Below, one piece after another: positions 25,337 through 28,219 of a stretch of 28,219 nucleotides of DNA (positions are counted from its first letter, which is position 1; every line of letters begins with the position of its first letter). Both the position numbers and the translations under genes were made by a program. The stretch lies in the IMG/VR virus record IMGVR_UViG_3300020044_002608, positions 1 to 28,219 of that record; one strand, given 5' to 3'. A model generated the notes under the pieces. That model made no database searches. It had not been told where the DNA came from and saw only the letters and a list, made by a program, of their open reading frames with translations. Origin of the DNA: a virus. Taxonomy: Duplodnaviria; Caudoviricetes.

Positions 25337-25945
25337 TCAAGCTGTACATACAGAACAGACCTCTAAAGCCAGATTGGTGTGGGCAATACGGTCATCAAGA
25401 CCAATTGTTCCACCATTAATCTTCTTGGTCAAACCCACCCAGTTGCCAGCTTCAGCCAGCTCGTTGCAACCATGAGTGCTCCAGAACCAACCGGCTGTCA
25501 TCAGGGCGTACAAGGGTGTAGCCACCAAGTCAGGGTTCATAACAAAGTCAACGCCACAGGCTTGTCCTGCATGGTAGTAACCGCTATGTCCTGTCAATTG
25601 GATTGCACCCCTGCCACGGAAACGATAACCGTCACCGCTAGCTTCATCTCTGTTTCCCATACGATTGGCGTAAACGCTGTTGGCAATTTTACGAGGATTT
25701 TTTTCGTACTGTTTAGCAAACTCAAGCGTAGGAAAACGCTTAGGCCACAGCTTCATCAGCGTCTCAGCACGGTAGTTTAAGTTTTCTTCGAAGATGCGGA
25801 AGTTGCCACACTCATGACCACACTGGCCTAAGAAGGCAGCTTGCTTACGAGGAGTGTCAATCTTGAATTTAATGAATGTGGCATTGAGAGGATCTGCCAA
25901 ATCAGGATTGATGTGAAGTCTTTTAAGTTGCTCAGCGGTTACCAT
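25337..25945 (-). CDS. endolysin, glycoside hydrolase family 19 (chitinase-like)
   Basis: AAFLGQCGHEC...EENLNY...GDGYRFRGRGAIQLTG...AGWFW...TKKINGG..GL.DR. Confidence 0.93.
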   Translation of the reverse strand: MVTAEQLKRLHINPDLADPLNATFIKFKIDTPRKQAAFLGQCGHECGNFRIFEENLNYRAETLMKLWPKRFPTLEFAKQYEKNPRKIANSVYANRMGNRDEASGDGYRFRGRGAIQLTGHSGYYHAGQACGVDFVMNPDLVATPLYALMTAGWFWSTHGCNELAEAGNWVGLTKKINGGTIGLDDRIAHTNLALEVCSVCTA

Positions 25946-26351
25946 TCAGTGTCTCCTTCACTTGGTTGTACCTGTCGATGCAGGAGTTGAGTTCGATGAT
26001 GGCCCTGTCTCCTTCTGCAACGAGCCTGATAAGGTCTTCAGCAGTCTGTCCGTCAAGTTCGGCTCTCTCTTTACCATCGTTGGAGGAAGAGGAGGAACAT
26101 CCACCCTTGGTGGTTGTGTTGACGAACAACCTTGGACGGCTAGCAATAACGCCACTAAGCTTAGCTTCAAACTCTTGTTTAACTTCTGCATCTTTAACAT
26201 CCTGTTCATTCTTCTGTTTGTTCATCTCGCCATTCAGACGAGCTATTTCCATCTGGTCTTCCAGCTCCTTGTCTGCATAACCGACATGGTGGCCTATTCC
26301 ATATACACTTAGCAATGCAAACAATGCTCCCAATATCAGATATGGGTTCAT
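25932..26351 (-). CDS. Rz: Rz-like inner-membrane spanin
   Basis: N-terminal TM segment, coiled coil, RAELD...L..L..EGD....LN.C...Y; adjacent to the endolysin. Confidence 0.85.
   Translation of the reverse strand: MNPYLILGALFALLSVYGIGHHVGYADKELEDQMEIARLNGEMNKQKNEQDVKDAEVKQEFEAKLSGVIASRPRLFVNTTTKGGCSSSSSNDGKERAELDGQTAEDLIRLVAEGDRAIIELNSCIDRYNQVKETLNGNR
25958..26209 (-). CDS. Rz1: Rz1-like outer-membrane lipoprotein spanin, embedded in Rz
   Basis: Alternate frame fully inside Rz; signal peptide with lipobox VQGC followed by Pro-rich QPPRVDVPPLPP. Confidence 0.85.
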   Translation of the reverse strand: MNRMLKMQKLNKSLKLSLVALLLAVQGCSSTQPPRVDVPPLPPTMVKREPNLTDRLLKTLSGSLQKETGPSSNSTPASTGTTK

Positions 26352-26878
26352 TGCTTAACCTCTGCTCTGGCTGCTGCAATCTCTTCTCGTTCATGGTCAG
26401 GCTCCAAGTGATTTGCTGGTGTAGTAGGGGGAGGTGGTGGTGTCCACGATTCATCAAGCTCAGGGTTCTTGTAACCCATGAAGTTCCAATCAGGCAAGAC
26501 GGAAGTGGGAGCAGGTGTGGCAACAGGTGTCACAGCTGGTGTAGGGGTTGTTGGAGGTGATGTGACCAGTGCTGGAGAAACTTTGCTGGCAATCATCTCT
26601 GATGCCTTCTTAGCTACACGCATACCGATCAAGGTGGTGATGGACCCTGTCATCAACAACACGATGTCATTCAACATCTTGGTGTAGGCCATATCAATTG
26701 GAGCCATTGTCTTCATTGGCTGACCAACAAAGGTGACAGAATAGAGCATGGTGAATACCAAGCCACCAAATACAAGCATGACAACACAGACCACAAAGGC
26801 CCATACCATCACTTCACAAAAGGCAATAAGTTCCTCAGTTGTTTGGAACAGTGCCCGAGGCGGGTTGAGTAGGTTCAA
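26348..26878 (-). CDS. 2-TM membrane protein with Pro/Thr-rich tail (holin-like candidate)
   Basis: Two hydrophobic helices, then PTPAVTPVATP...WTPPPPPTTP; inside the lysis cassette. Confidence 0.65.
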   Translation of the reverse strand: MNLLNPPRALFQTTEELIAFCEVMVWAFVVCVVMLVFGGLVFTMLYSVTFVGQPMKTMAPIDMAYTKMLNDIVLLMTGSITTLIGMRVAKKASEMIASKVSPALVTSPPTTPTPAVTPVATPAPTSVLPDWNFMGYKNPELDESWTPPPPPTTPANHLEPDHEREEIAAARAEVKQ

Positions 26879-27059
26879 TTTTCTTCTCCAATACTGGTGC
26901 TACTAAATACTCAGGGCAATCCTGAGTGAACTGACAGTCAGGTTTCTGACAACGCTTTGCTGAAAAGTTTTGTGGGTCTTGACAGAAGTAACGGTATCTG
27001 TCTTCACATCCACTAAGCGCCATCAATCCAAACAGGACAATGGTTAATATATATTTCAC
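26835..27059 (-). CDS. small Cys-rich lipoprotein
   Basis: Lipobox LSGC, then EDRYRYFCQDP...C....C.....C. Confidence 0.75.
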   Translation of the reverse strand: MKYILTIVLFGLMALSGCEDRYRYFCQDPQNFSAKRCQKPDCQFTQDCPEYLVAPVLEKKIEPTQPASGTVPNN

Positions 27060-27313
27060 TTCTTCTCCTCTAGTTCCTTTAAGACTGTTTCAACCTTGTC
27101 ACGCAACTTCTCGTTACGAACAAGATCGGCTTTAGCCTTAGCATGAATCATCATTGCATCAAGCACAACGATGTACATTAGATATAGGACGAGTGCCAGC
27201 ACAGCTAGTACCAACATGTGTGCTAGGAAAACCCCGTTGCTACTTGTCTTTTGAGTGCCCACCACAACCACCATAAATAAAATAAAGCAAAGAAGGTAAC
27301 GCTTGCCTCCCAT
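27056..27313 (-). CDS. membrane-anchored coiled-coil protein (start uncertain)
   Basis: TM segment LVLAVLALVLYLMYIVV followed by a charged helix; stop overlaps the next ATG. Confidence 0.55.
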   Translation of the reverse strand: MGGKRYLLCFILFMVVVVGTQKTSSNGVFLAHMLVLAVLALVLYLMYIVVLDAMMIHAKAKADLVRNEKLRDKVETVLKELEEKK

Positions 27314-27897
27314 GCTTTTTCTTTAGCATCACGAACCATCTTGTCTTTAGCAGCACGAGCTACAGCCTCTTCGTGATCCTGCTTCCTACGAGCTTCAGAT
27401 TGTTCTTCTTCAATTTGATTTCTCATCTCTTCGAACTGGCTCCATAAAGCGCCAAGTTCTGGTGGAGAGTGATACACCATTTGTTCTCTAATCTCTACGT
27501 GCATGGCTTGAAGCTTTTGTCGAACAAGTATTCGCCTCAAGGCCATCTTCTTAAGAGAAACATCAGCAGCCTGTAGCTTCTTTGATTCTCTTTCTTGTTC
27601 CCAGAACAAGGCTTCTACTCTGTCAAAGGCATCGAACATGTTTCCTAGTTCTTCACCAATCTTGAATATCACCTCAGTGGGATCAGCTTTGGCTACCTCT
27701 TGAACACGCTTCTTCTCTTCTTCAATCTTTGCAGCCTGTTCCTTAGAAACTTTCTTACCTGCAAATTGACCGTTGATGTCATCGATAATTCCTTTGACGT
27801 TACCGGCAACACCCTTTACTTCTTTGTAAAGAGCACAGCCCTCCTTGACTAGCTGGAAGGCTGTTGATGCTGCAAATAGAGCTGTACCAATTGGCAC
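27223..27897 (-). CDS. coiled-coil protein with C-terminal TM anchor
   Basis: 224 aa; REQMVYHSPPELGALW motif; C-terminal FFALFYLWWLWW. Confidence 0.7.
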   Translation of the reverse strand: MPIGTALFAASTAFQLVKEGCALYKEVKGVAGNVKGIIDDINGQFAGKKVSKEQAAKIEEEKKRVQEVAKADPTEVIFKIGEELGNMFDAFDRVEALFWEQERESKKLQAADVSLKKMALRRILVRQKLQAMHVEIREQMVYHSPPELGALWSQFEEMRNQIEEEQSEARRKQDHEEAVARAAKDKMVRDAKEKAWEASVTFFALFYLWWLWWALKRQVATGFS

Positions 27898-27898
27898 A

Positions 27899-28090
27899 TT
27901 ACTTCTTCAAATCTTTGTAGATTTGATAGGCTTTATGACCGATCATTAGCACGGTGTAAATAAGAGTAGCCCACAAGACTAGCTCTGATACTTGAACACC
28001 TGCCACTGTAGCAAGAGATATTGTCACAGGGGGTGCAGCCTTAGTAACTAAAGCAACTCCTGTTTCTGTAGATATTGTGTGATCTGCCAT
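27899..28090 (-). CDS. putative holin (small 2-TM protein)
   Basis: 63 aa, two hydrophobic segments, basic C-terminus; at the head of the lysis cassette. Confidence 0.55.
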   Translation of the reverse strand: MADHTISTETGVALVTKAAPPVTISLATVAGVQVSELVLWATLIYTVLMIGHKAYQIYKDLKK

Positions 28091-28091
28091 T

Positions 28092-28219
28092 TATTACTCT
28101 GGTCGTTGGGCTGTTTATTCTGCGACTATCGGTAATGGCTACGACATGGCGTTAAATGAAACAAGTGGCGCTGGTACTTCGCCATATTGGAACTCAACAA
28201 CACCAACAAGTTCTGTATT
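28092..28219 (+). other. start-less tail-fibre/virion-repeat-like coding fragment in inverted orientation
   Basis: The + frame reads YYSGRWAVYSATIGNGYDMALNETSGAGTSPYWNSTTPTSSV and stays open to the window end; in-frame TGA at 28080-28082 upstream. Confidence 0.5.

Noticed and set aside
1-28219. Alternative genetic code or stop-codon reassignment
   Set aside because: Standard-code ORFs tile the window densely, TAA, TAG and TGA all act as stops, and the only tRNA is a sense Arg tRNA.

Overview
A 28.2-kb piece of a tailed dsDNA phage genome with podovirus-like organisation. The Rz/Rz1 spanins imply a Gram-negative host. Two convergent arms meet at a bidirectional terminator (~14461-14497). The + arm (1-14457) carries a 5'-truncated ADP-ribosylglycohydrolase, small coupled early ORFs, a tyrosine recombinase and a T7-gp4-like primase-helicase. 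It continues with a family-B (not family-A) DNA polymerase, SSB, 5'-3' exonuclease, a dATP/dGTP diphosphohydrolase-like protein, HNH nuclease, ThyX, MazG-like pyrophosphatase, class II ribonucleotide reductase, glutaredoxin, an RMF-like protein, a PD-(D/E)XK-like protein and tRNA-Arg(UCU). The - arm (14495-28090) carries a lysis cassette (putative holin, membrane proteins, Cys-rich lipoprotein, Rz with embedded Rz1, GH19 endolysin), a small HEXXH protein and large putative internal-virion/ejection proteins. The most notable items are: (i) a putative ADP-ribosyltransferase-like domain in the largest virion protein, alongside a phage ADP-ribose eraser; (ii) a hendecad-repeat protein capped by a peptidase-S74 chaperone; (iii) recurring hydrophobic-x-x-G-G motifs in virion proteins; (iv) PolB in a T7-like replisome; (v) a 1-nt frameshift splitting the giant virion gene; (vi) a headless tail-fibre-like fragment in inverted orientation at the right end. 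All calls come from reading motifs by eye; no database searches were run.
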